Shown: piece after piece, positions 1 to 8,124 of the stretch
Numbering within the stretch: the first letter of the stretch is position 1
How the letters are laid out: the number at the start of each line of letters is the position of its first letter
Origin: Candidatus Sericytochromatia bacterium
GTDB lineage: Bacteria; Cyanobacteriota; Sericytochromatia; S15B-MN24; VGJW01
Reading direction: 5' to 3'
Assembly (NCBI GenBank): GCA_035285865.1
Contig: JAYKHS010000029.1
Location: 1 to 22,524, forward strand
DNA length: 22,524 nucleotides
Made by a program: the position numbers and the translations under genes
Notes under the pieces: model-generated
What the model was told of the DNA's origin: nothing
Database searches by the model: none
Seen by the model: the letters and a program-made list of their open reading frames with translations, nothing else

Positions 1-603
1 GAGGTTGAAGTCCACCTTGCGGTGGAGGGCCCATCTCCGGACTCGGTCGTGCCTGCGCTCGAAGGGCTTGTCGACCATGCGAAGCGGGTGCTGGGGAGCC
101 GTGTCCATGGGGAGGGTGACGATGCGCTGGCCGAGGCGGTTGCACGCGCGTTGCGGGCTCGAGGAGAGACTGTTGCCACGGCCGAGAGCGTGACGGGAGG
201 TCTGCTCGCCAGCATGCTGACGGACGTTCCCGGCAGTTCGGCGTGGTTTCTCGGGGGGGCGGTCGCCTATTCGGTGGCACACAAGACGGAGCAGCTCGGC
301 CTGGATGCGGATCTGGTCCGACGTGCCGGCCATGTGAGTCCCGGGGTCAGCGCAGCCATGGCCGGTCGAGCCCGTGTCCTGCATGGCGCGACTTGGGGGC
401 TGGCCACGACGGGATGGGCCGGTCCCGACGGGGGAAGGCCGGGTGAGGAGGCGGGGTTGGTGCATTTGGCGCTCGAAGGGGCCGATGGCAGCGTCGCCTC
501 GATGACGCATCGTTTCACGGGGTTCGATCGACAGGCCGTCAAGGTGCGTGCCGCGCGTGCCGCCCTGCGCCTGCTCTGGTTGCACCTGGGGCAGATGGCG
601 TGA
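1..603 (+). CDS. cinA: CinA family protein, C-terminal PncC (NMN deamidase) domain; 5' end lies outside the window
   Basis: Frame is open from base 1. Motifs TVATAESVTGG, DVPGSS, GAVAYS...K and TGWAGPDGG are typical of CinA-C/PncC. The TGA at 601-603 overlaps the nth GTG start. Confidence 0.92.
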   Translation, partial: EVEVHLAVEGPSPDSVVPALEGLVDHAKRVLGSRVHGEGDDALAEAVARALRARGETVATAESVTGGLLASMLTDVPGSSAWFLGGAVAYSVAHKTEQLGLDADLVRRAGHVSPGVSAAMAGRARVLHGATWGLATTGWAGPDGGRPGEEAGLVHLALEGADGSVASMTHRFTGFDRQAVKVRAARAALRLLWLHLGQMA

Positions 604-1259
604 AGCGCGACGGTTCGTGGCGGCCACGCCCGGAGGAGCGGGCGCGTGTCGCTCGGGTCTGGGAAGGCCTGGCGACGCTTTACCCGGATGCACGCACGGA
701 GCTGGTCTACCGGAACCCCTTCGAGTTGCTGTGCGCCGTCTTGCTCTCGGCGCAATGCACGGACGTCCGGGTCAACATGGTGACGCCGGGCCTGTTCCGG
801 CGATATCCGGATGCCCGTGCCTTGGCCGAGGCGGATGTTTCCGACGTGGCGGATCTGGTTCGTTCCTGCGGCTTGTGGCCGGCGAAGTCCCGCAACCTCG
901 TGGCGATGGCACGCATTCTGGTCGCTGTTCACGACGGCGAGGTGCCTGCCAGCCGAGAGGCTCTCGAGTCCTTGCCGGGGGTGGGGCGCAAGACGGCCAA
1001 CGTGGTGTTGGCGCAGGCCTTCGGCGAGCCTGCACTGGCCGTGGACACTCATGTCTTCAGGGTGGCCCGCAGGCTGGGTCTGTCCCGCTCCGAGGACGTG
1101 CTGGGCGTCGAGCAGGATCTCCAGCGGAGGCTGGCCCGTGAAGCCTGGGCCGAGGGACATCACTGGCTGATTCTGCATGGTCGGCGTGTCTGCATCGCCC
1201 GCAAGCCGCGGTGCACCGAGTGCCCGCTGCGTCCGGACTGTCCCGGGGCCAGTGCGTGA
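600..1259 (+). CDS. nth: Endonuclease III (HhH-GPD DNA glycosylase/AP lyase)
   Basis: PFELLCAVLLSAQCTD, HhH motif LPGVGRKTANVVL with catalytic Lys, AVDTH with catalytic Asp, and the 4Fe-4S motif CIARKPRCTECPLRPDC. Confidence 0.97.
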   Translation: MKRDGSWRPRPEERARVARVWEGLATLYPDARTELVYRNPFELLCAVLLSAQCTDVRVNMVTPGLFRRYPDARALAEADVSDVADLVRSCGLWPAKSRNLVAMARILVAVHDGEVPASREALESLPGVGRKTANVVLAQAFGEPALAVDTHVFRVARRLGLSRSEDVLGVEQDLQRRLAREAWAEGHHWLILHGRRVCIARKPRCTECPLRPDCPGASA

Positions 1260-1819
1260 GCTACGCTTCCCTGCTCCTGCGTGCTGCCGTGTCGGCCGTG
1301 GCCTTGCTGGCCACGGTCGGGCCGGTGGCCGAGGCGCGCATCGGCCGGGATGTGACCCAGTTGGACGCCTTTCTGAAGGGGCTGCCACTCGCGACCATGC
1401 ACGATGTTCCGGGCATGGCGCCCACGCGGATGTGGGCGGGCAGGATTGCGGGACTGGTCGTGGCCGTTCGCGCCCTGCCGGCCCGGGGTTCCCTTGAGGA
1501 GCAGGTGGTGGAAGTCGAGTGGCCGGAGCAGATTCGCGACCATGTGCCCATCGGGATCATGGCCCGTCTGCTGGTCGAGGCGACGGGCTTGCGGCATGGC
1601 GAGACCCTGAACCAACTCCTTCTCGGCATGCGGGACCGGATTCGCCATGGCGGCGTCAGGGTTCCTTCCATCGAGCTTCGCGGAGTCCGAATCGAGATGG
1701 AGTTGCTGGAGGAGCCTCCTTCGAGCCTCAGGGATGGCCTCGCCACCCATGCGGGTACGCTCTACTGGCGGGCGGTGGCCAAGAAGTCGGTCAAGCCACG
1801 GACGATCGGAAAACACTGA
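1256..1819 (+). CDS. Hypothetical exported protein (about 187 aa)
   Basis: GTG at 1256 overlaps the nth stop (GTGA). The N-terminus LLLRAAVSAVALLATVGPVAEA looks like a Sec signal peptide with an AxA site. The ORF exactly fills the gap between neighbours. Confidence 0.75.
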   Translation: MSYASLLLRAAVSAVALLATVGPVAEARIGRDVTQLDAFLKGLPLATMHDVPGMAPTRMWAGRIAGLVVAVRALPARGSLEEQVVEVEWPEQIRDHVPIGIMARLLVEATGLRHGETLNQLLLGMRDRIRHGGVRVPSIELRGVRIEMELLEEPPSSLRDGLATHAGTLYWRAVAKKSVKPRTIGKH

Positions 1820-1829
1820 AGGACCCCCC

Positions 1830-2102
1830 ATGCCCCTGGTGACGCGCACCCATCGCATCCCGCTCGAGGAGCTGGCTTACCAACTTTCCTGCTCTCCGGA
1901 GGTGGCCGAGATTCGCGACGCCTTCGCCGCAGGGCTGATCGACGATCAGGATGCACAGGCGCGTCTGCTGGACTTCGTGCTCGCCGGACGCTGCACGGTC
2001 CACGCCTATGCTGGCGAGGAGGACATCCGCTGGGCTCTGTCCGAGGCCGAGTCTGGCAAGTTGACCAGTCTGCTTTATCTGGGACACCTCCAGGGAACCT
2101 GA
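1830..2102 (+). CDS. Small hypothetical protein (90 aa)
   Basis: ATG at 1830 is preceded by GAAGGA (1818-1823). Composition is globular-like (MPLVTRTHRIPLEELAYQLSCSPEV...). No family recognised. Confidence 0.7.
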   Translation: MPLVTRTHRIPLEELAYQLSCSPEVAEIRDAFAAGLIDDQDAQARLLDFVLAGRCTVHAYAGEEDIRWALSEAESGKLTSLLYLGHLQGT

Positions 2103-2190
2103 CGTCCGCGGGTAGGATATGGGTGACGGAGCATACCGCCTGCTCGCCCAAGCCTCCGCATGATGTTCTGGACTATCCGGAGGTGGCGAC

Positions 2191-4983
2191 ATGCGAGCGG
2201 GACGAACCGGGCTGCGCTTGGCCAGTTTGGCCGCCGGCTGGCTGGTGCTTGCGGGCACGGTGCCCATGTCGGCTGGCTTTGCCTCAGCCGAGCCGTTGAG
2301 GCAGGTGGCGAGGGCCGCGGGTGCAGGAGCTCCGGCTGCCGAGGGTGCGACAGCTGATGCTGTCGAGGTGCCCCCAGCCGCGCTCGAGAAGACCCAGGCA
2401 GGACGGAAGATGCGTCGTGGGGCGGCGGCCAACGCGCCACTTGCCTCGGGCGGGGTCGATGCCGATGCCGCGGCCCCGGGGGCCGTTTCCTCGGCACCCG
2501 CGTCGGGCACGCCCGCCGTCGAGGTTACATCCGTTGTTGCCTCCGCTGCTGCGGCTGATGCGGCCTTGTCCGATGGGGCTTCCGAACCCGAGGCGCGCAC
2601 GCTGGCGGCGGGCATGGCCGAGGAGCTGGATACCTGGATTCGCCGGGTCGAGTTCAGGCTGCAGCAGGCTGCAGCCATTGGCCCATCGGGTTTCGAGAGC
2701 AGGACTCCGCGCTTGGTCGGGCCCGGGGGAGCAAGCCTGCCTTTGGTCCTCTATCAGAAGTCCGGCGGCACGTGGCGTTCCTTTCCGCATCAGGATGCCG
2801 GGCTTGAGGGTGCACGCCTGGAGGAAGCCCGCGCCGGCACGGTCACGATGCCCGTTGCCGACGGTTTGCTGATTGCCGTACCCGGTGCGCAGCAGGGCGT
2901 GGTCGCGACCGTGGTTCCGTGGGTCGAACTCGGCAAGGCCGTCGAGGCCACGCCTGCGGGAACACGGATGGTGCTGCTGGATCGCGAGGGTGAATCCGTC
3001 CTCCACTCAGGGTTGCTCTCCCGGGATCAGACGGCTGTCTTCCGAGGGCTGATGCCCTCCGGTCAGACTGAGGTCAAGGTCACGGGCAAGCGATTCCAGG
3101 TTGCCCCAGTGGGCGTCTTGCCCTTGTTTCTTGTCGTTCAGGCCGATTCCCTGCCTGTCGGAGCCGAGCGAGGCCTGTCCCTTCCCGAGCCTCAGGTCCT
3201 GGAGTCTGCTCCAGGCAAGGGCCTTGCCCTGATGCTCAAGGAGCGCTGGATGCTCGCCGCCCCGCTTGCCATCGGTGTCGTTGCCGGAGCAGCCCTGTTG
3301 CTGCATGGACGTCGCCAGCGGCGTCGTCATCGTCGGCGCAAGCATGGACGGACGCAGGTGCCCGACATGGGCGCCGTGGATTACCTCGATGCCTTGGCTC
3401 GGGATGATCGCGATCCTCTGGAGGGCATGGAGGTCGTCGAGCCCGTGTTGGCCGATAGGACCCGAGAGGAGAGTCCGGCGTCCGGCGCTGACGAGGAGGC
3501 TCCCGCCGCCGTCGCGCAGCGCCAGGCATCTGTCGATGGCAGGCGTGCTGATGCCGCCGAGGTGGATCTGCAGGATCTCGACCTTGCCGTGGCTCCGCCA
3601 CCCAGGCCGGTGGCCGAGGACCTGCGGGCGCGCGCCCGAGGCGAGCAACCGCCTGCTGCTCAGGGAGTGCGCAGGGGTGTCCGACCGGAGGAAGTCCTGG
3701 TCACTCGAGGTGAGTTGGATCGGGTGCTGGAGCGAGGCATGGATCGGCTGTTCCAGCGGATGCTCGCCAATGTCGAGGACCTCGAACGCAAGACTCACGA
3801 AGCCACCGAGACGGGACGGACCGGTTTCAAGGAGCTGCTTGCCAGATTCCAGGATCTGCAGGAAGCCCGTGAGCGTGACTTGGCGGAACAGCATGCCCGT
3901 CTCGGTCGCTTCGATCAGGACCTGGCAGCCGTCGAGCTTCGCTGGCGGGGGACCGATGCGCGGACGACCGAGGCCGAGCTGCGGTTGCGTGAGCAGGCAG
4001 AAGGCATGGCGCGCCGGATGGCCAATCAGGAGGCTGGTGTCGAGGCCATCGGCGAACGGGTTGAGGGTGTGGGTCAGGCCCTGCGGCAGGCTGCAGACCA
4101 CAGCCGTGCCGAGTTCGAGATGCTGCGCGGTGAGCTGGCCGAGTTGCGCAAGGCCATGGACGAGGCCCGGCGCCAGCTTCGCGCGGAGGTGGGCGATGAA
4201 GCTGCACAGCGGCGTCAGCATGTCGACGATGTCCGCGAGGAGGACCGCGCCGGCCGCCGTGAGGTCGAGCGTGTGATCCAGCAGTTGGGCGTGCGCCTCG
4301 AAGAAGTGTCGACGCAGGCGGCAGGTCGCATCGACCAACTTGGCCGGGAACTCGACGGCGTCGGCCAGCAGATTCTGCAGGCCGAGATTCATCAGCGGGA
4401 GTCCTTGCGCCAGGTTCATGACCGGCTGGTGCCTCAGGGGCAGCTGGGTCAGATGAGACAAGAGGTCACCGACCTGAAGACGCAGCTGGCCCAGAGGGAT
4501 CGCGAGGTCGAGGAGCTGCGAGCCCGATTGGACCAGATGGTCCGGGACCAGCGGGAAGACCGTCAGCAGCTGCTGCAGCAGGTGCAGCGCGAGCTCAATC
4601 ATGTTCATCAGGCCACGCCGATGATGGAGCAGCAGCAGATCCAGTTCATCACGCTGCAGCAGGAGAACCAGCGCCTTGCCCAGCGGGTCCAGCAGGTGCT
4701 CCAGCTCATGCAGAGCCTGAATCAGACGGTCCATCAGTCCGAGTCCCGGACCATGCAGGAGATCGACTGGCTCAAGGGGCAGGCGCGGGGAATCATGGAT
4801 GGCCGGACCGTGCAGGCGCCCCCTGCCGCTCCCGTCCCCCAGCAGCAGCTTCAGCAGCAGCCTCCGCTGACTCCTCCCCCCCCGCCGGGCGAGGAGCGAC
4901 CCATCGATTTGTGGGGCCGCCTGATGGGGCGGGACCGCGACTCGGCGGAAGACACGCTGCGCAAGCGTCGACCGGGTTCCTGA
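2191..4983 (+). CDS. 930-aa single-pass membrane protein: signal peptide, Ala-rich linker, dCache-like extracytoplasmic domain, TM helix, long cytoplasmic coiled coil
   Basis: SD GGAGGT at 2179-2184. Signal-like N-terminus ends ASA|EP. TM WMLAAPLAIGVVAGAALLL is followed by RRQRRRHRRRK. E/Q/R/L-rich heptad-like region at about aa 505-865. Pro/Gln-rich tail. Confidence 0.85.
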   Translation: MRAGRTGLRLASLAAGWLVLAGTVPMSAGFASAEPLRQVARAAGAGAPAAEGATADAVEVPPAALEKTQAGRKMRRGAAANAPLASGGVDADAAAPGAVSSAPASGTPAVEVTSVVASAAAADAALSDGASEPEARTLAAGMAEELDTWIRRVEFRLQQAAAIGPSGFESRTPRLVGPGGASLPLVLYQKSGGTWRSFPHQDAGLEGARLEEARAGTVTMPVADGLLIAVPGAQQGVVATVVPWVELGKAVEATPAGTRMVLLDREGESVLHSGLLSRDQTAVFRGLMPSGQTEVKVTGKRFQVAPVGVLPLFLVVQADSLPVGAERGLSLPEPQVLESAPGKGLALMLKERWMLAAPLAIGVVAGAALLLHGRRQRRRHRRRKHGRTQVPDMGAVDYLDALARDDRDPLEGMEVVEPVLADRTREESPASGADEEAPAAVAQRQASVDGRRADAAEVDLQDLDLAVAPPPRPVAEDLRARARGEQPPAAQGVRRGVRPEEVLVTRGELDRVLERGMDRLFQRMLANVEDLERKTHEATETGRTGFKELLARFQDLQEARERDLAEQHARLGRFDQDLAAVELRWRGTDARTTEAELRLREQAEGMARRMANQEAGVEAIGERVEGVGQALRQAADHSRAEFEMLRGELAELRKAMDEARRQLRAEVGDEAAQRRQHVDDVREEDRAGRREVERVIQQLGVRLEEVSTQAAGRIDQLGRELDGVGQQILQAEIHQRESLRQVHDRLVPQGQLGQMRQEVTDLKTQLAQRDREVEELRARLDQMVRDQREDRQQLLQQVQRELNHVHQATPMMEQQQIQFITLQQENQRLAQRVQQVLQLMQSLNQTVHQSESRTMQEIDWLKGQARGIMDGRTVQAPPAAPVPQQQLQQQPPLTPPPPPGEERPIDLWGRLMGRDRDSAEDTLRKRRPGS

Positions 4984-5002
4984 CGTCCGGCGGATTCCTC
5001 CC

Positions 5003-5965
5003 ATGAGGGCGTGGCGGCAGTCCATCGTGCCCCCGATTGTTTTCGGGGTGCTGCTCATCCTGATCGTCATCCTGCTGGGGACGACGTGGAATCTGACGCT
5101 CATTCGGGATCCGGGCACTTGGCAACGTGTCTTCGAGCCCGGATCATGGGGGCGAACCCTCATGCTGGTGGCCGGAACCCTGCTGTTCCTCGCCGTCATC
5201 GCGGGGTTGGTCCTGTATGTCGTCTTCCTGGCGCAGCAGATTCGCGCCAATCAGTTGCAGCAGAACGTCATGGATGCCGTGACCCACGAGTTCCGCAGTC
5301 CGCTCACGTCCCTGCGACTCTCCCTCGACACGCTTCGGCGCAAGGATGTACCGCCCGAGGAGGCACGCATGTTCCTTGCGATGATGGACGACGATTGTGC
5401 CCGGCTGCAGGTTCTGGTGGAGCGCGTGTTGGAAGCCGGTCGTCTGGAGGCCGGCTCGCGGTCCTACAGGATCGAGGAAGTCCCGATGCGTTCGTTGCTT
5501 GCGGAACTGGCAGGCCGGATGAAGCAGCGCCTGCGGCTCGATGACGCGTGCATCAGTCTGCCGTCCCGCGAGGCGTGGGTGCGCGCAGATGCCGGTGCGC
5601 TGGACATGGTGTGCACCAACCTGCTCGAGAATGCCGTGAAATACAGTCCCGAAGACCGCATCAGCGTGGCACTTGACTTGCGTCAGGGCAAGGTGCCCGG
5701 GCAGGTTATGCTGCTCATCGCGGACCAAGGCATTGGTTGGGCTCCAGGCAATGAACGACGCATCTTCCGGCGTTTCGTACGCCTGGGGGACGAGATGACG
5801 CGCCGTCGCAAGGGCATCGGACTGGGCTTGTACCTCGCGCGTTCCATGGTCCGTGGCATGGGCGGTACCATCGAGGCTGCTAGTCCCGGAGTCGGCAAGG
5901 GCGCCGTCTTCACGGTGACCCTGCCGGGGAGGATGGATGGCGAGAATCCTGATCGTCGAGGATGA
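5003..5965 (+). CDS. Two-component sensor histidine kinase (HisKA + HATPase_c), two TM helices with a very short loop
   Basis: H-box VTHEFRSP, N-box NLLENAVKYS, G1 DQGIG, F-box IFRRF, G2 GIGLGL. Two N-terminal hydrophobic segments. Confidence 0.95.
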   Translation: MRAWRQSIVPPIVFGVLLILIVILLGTTWNLTLIRDPGTWQRVFEPGSWGRTLMLVAGTLLFLAVIAGLVLYVVFLAQQIRANQLQQNVMDAVTHEFRSPLTSLRLSLDTLRRKDVPPEEARMFLAMMDDDCARLQVLVERVLEAGRLEAGSRSYRIEEVPMRSLLAELAGRMKQRLRLDDACISLPSREAWVRADAGALDMVCTNLLENAVKYSPEDRISVALDLRQGKVPGQVMLLIADQGIGWAPGNERRIFRRFVRLGDEMTRRRKGIGLGLYLARSMVRGMGGTIEAASPGVGKGAVFTVTLPGRMDGENPDRRG

Positions 5966-6656
5966 AGCTCATATCGCGCAGGGCCTGCGCTACAACCTTG
6001 TGGCGGAGGGGCACGAGGTGGAAGTGGTCGGCGACGGAGAGGCCGCGGACGCCCGGATTCGCGGCGGGGAATCGCACGATCTGATTGTCCTCGACGTGAT
6101 GCTCCCGGGCTTGAGTGGCATCGATCTGTGCAGAGGGTGGAGAACCTTGGGCATTCGCATCCCCATCCTGATGCTGACGGCGCGGGGATTCGATCGGGAG
6201 AAGGTCCTCGGCCTGCAAGTCGGGGCCGATGACTATGTCACCAAACCCTTCAACCTCGAAGAGTTGCTGGCCCGCATCTCGTCGTTGCTGCGCCGTCAGG
6301 ATTGGCACAGGGAGTTACCCTCAAGCCCGGTCAGTCTCGTGCGTATCGGCAGCTGCGACGTGGATTTCGACCGGGGCGAGGTCATTCGGGAAGGCGAGGT
6401 GATGCGGCTTACGGCGCTCGAGCAGCGGTTGCTGCGCCATCTTCTGGAGGCGCGAGGCCGCATCGTCGGGCGTGATGAGCTGATGGAGGCCGTCTGGGGC
6501 TTCCCGTCGGGCGGAGCCACACGCACCATCGACAACTTCGTGATGCGCCTGCGGAGACTGGTGGAGCCTGACCCCGCCCGCCCGGTCCATCTGCTGTCCA
6601 TCCGGGGGCAGGGCCTCCGGCTCGAGGTCGGCCAGGACAGGCCTCGGGCGCGCTAG
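5937..6656 (+). CDS. OmpR/PhoB family DNA-binding response regulator
   Basis: Receiver motifs ILIVEDE, VLDVMLP (phospho-Asp), MLTA and GADDYVTKPF. Winged-helix motif TRTIDNFVMRLRRLVE. Start overlaps the kinase 3' end. Confidence 0.96.
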   Translation: MARILIVEDEAHIAQGLRYNLVAEGHEVEVVGDGEAADARIRGGESHDLIVLDVMLPGLSGIDLCRGWRTLGIRIPILMLTARGFDREKVLGLQVGADDYVTKPFNLEELLARISSLLRRQDWHRELPSSPVSLVRIGSCDVDFDRGEVIREGEVMRLTALEQRLLRHLLEARGRIVGRDELMEAVWGFPSGGATRTIDNFVMRLRRLVEPDPARPVHLLSIRGQGLRLEVGQDRPRAR

Positions 6657-7300
6657 CTCAAGCCGGCCGATTGCAGGGCCCGGTGCACGCATTCTGCCAA
6701 CACCGCCTCGTCACGCCGTTCGCGTGCGTGACCCGGTGTGAGCGTCTGGCCCAGGCTGACGACGGCTGCACCCGCATCCAGATGCGCGGCGACGTCATCC
6801 GGTTCGATCCCACCGGAGACTAAGGCCCGAAGGTCAGGGAACGGGGCCAGCAGATCCCTTACATAGGCAGGTCCACCGACCCGGTGAATCGGAAAGAGCT
6901 TCACGAAGTCGGCACCCCCCTCCAGCGCCTCGTGGACCTCATGGGGAGTCATGGCACCGAGCACCACGGGCAAGTCATGGTTGTGGGCGAGGGCGGCGAG
7001 GCCGACCGGTCGGGCCGGACTGACGAGGTAGCTGGCCCCGGCTGCGATGGCCTCGAATGCCTGACCTGTGCCACGCATCGTTCCTGCACCCAGAAGCGTT
7101 TCGCTGCCTCGGGCCAGGTCGACGAGGTGCCTGAGGACTCCTGCCGCTCCGGGGATGGTCCATGTCACTTCGACCGAAGGCCAACGGAGGCGAATGAGGT
7201 GCTCGCCCAGCCACGCGGCAGATTCCGCGTCTGGCGTGCGCAGCACGGCAACCAACCGTCCTCCGGTCAGGCGCTCCACGACCTCCCGACGCCGATCCAT
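6653..7300 (-). CDS. eda: KDPG/KHG aldolase family protein
   Basis: VAVLR, VEVTW, LGAGT, LVSP, GAMTPHE, VKLFP (Schiff-base Lys) and VSGG motifs. Confidence 0.9.
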   Translation of the reverse strand: MDRRREVVERLTGGRLVAVLRTPDAESAAWLGEHLIRLRWPSVEVTWTIPGAAGVLRHLVDLARGSETLLGAGTMRGTGQAFEAIAAGASYLVSPARPVGLAALAHNHDLPVVLGAMTPHEVHEALEGGADFVKLFPIHRVGGPAYVRDLLAPFPDLRALVSGGIEPDDVAAHLDAGAAVVSLGQTLTPGHARERRDEAVLAECVHRALQSAGLS

Positions 7301-7335
7301 GCCGCCATGATACCGTTGGACCGAGGGAGGGGGCG
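7301..7335. promoter_or_regulatory. Divergent promoter region eda / trmJ with overlapping -10 elements
   Basis: Minus strand: TATCAT (7312-7307) lies 6 nt before the eda ATG. Plus strand: extended -10 TGaTACCGT (7308-7316) and SD GGGAGG before the trmJ-like ATG. Confidence 0.55.
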
Positions 7336-8124
7336 ATGCGCGATCGGCTAAGGGTGGTTCTCCACCAGCCCGGAGTGCCGGGCAATCTGGGCTCCATCGC
7401 CCGGGCCGCGGCGCACCTCGGCCTTGCGGATGTCGTCATCGTCGGGGCCCCGGGCCTCAAGCAGCAGCCTGAAGCGCGCATGCTGGCCGTTCATGTTCCG
7501 GACGTTCTCGAGGGCTTCCGCGAGGTCCCCGATCTCGAGGAGGCCCTTGACGGCTGCGCGCTGGTCCTCGGGACCTCGGCACGCCCCAAGACGGACGATC
7601 TGCCGCCGCTCGACACGGCGGGTGCGCACGCCATGGCGTCTGCCTGCCCGGGGCGCGTGGCGATTCTGTTCGGCTCGGAGAAGTACGGCCTCTCCACGGA
7701 GGTGATCCGGCGCTGTGACCAGGTTGTTCGTCTGCCCTCGGAACGCCCCGGGGAGTCCTTCAACCTCGCTCAGGCCGTCCTGCTGCTGGGTTGGGAGATG
7801 ATGCGTCCGCGCGATCGGCAAGGTTCGAGGGTGCTGTCGGACGTCCGCCAGCGTCATCGGTTCCGCATCGATGACCGCGTGGAATCCGCGCTGATCGAAC
7901 TGGGGGTCCTGCGCGAGCATCACAGGACCAAGAAGCTCATGACAGCAAGAAGGCTGCTGGCGCGCCTTGCCTTCACCGACGAGGAGGCGGCCCTGCTGCG
8001 GCAGGTCGCGTCGAAGGTTGCCCTGAAGGCGGGCCTCAGGCCCTCGCGGGGGACCGCCCCAGATGCACCAGTCGTGCCAGAAGCAGATGAAAGCCCGAGC
8101 GATCATCTGCCTGGCCGCGCTTGA
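7336..8124 (+). CDS. trmJ: SPOUT RNA methyltransferase, TrmJ/TrmH (LasT) family
   Basis: VVLHQPGVPGNLGSIARAA, LGTSAR, ILFGSEKYGLS and SFNLAQAV SPOUT motifs, plus a helical C-terminal extension as in TrmJ. Confidence 0.85.
   Translation: MRDRLRVVLHQPGVPGNLGSIARAAAHLGLADVVIVGAPGLKQQPEARMLAVHVPDVLEGFREVPDLEEALDGCALVLGTSARPKTDDLPPLDTAGAHAMASACPGRVAILFGSEKYGLSTEVIRRCDQVVRLPSERPGESFNLAQAVLLLGWEMMRPRDRQGSRVLSDVRQRHRFRIDDRVESALIELGVLREHHRTKKLMTARRLLARLAFTDEEAALLRQVASKVALKAGLRPSRGTAPDAPVVPEADESPSDHLPGRA

Noticed and set aside
2191..4983. 930-aa protein as an SMC protein, chemoreceptor, phage tape measure or sortase substrate
   Set aside because: No Walker A/B motifs, no MCP tip motif, no phage neighbours. 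The TM plus basic stretch is internal and lacks an LPxTG motif.
3007..5250. 747-aa antisense ORF
   Set aside because: Shadow frame opposite the 930-aa gene and kinase. Codon bias in high-GC genes depletes antisense stops, and no motifs are present.
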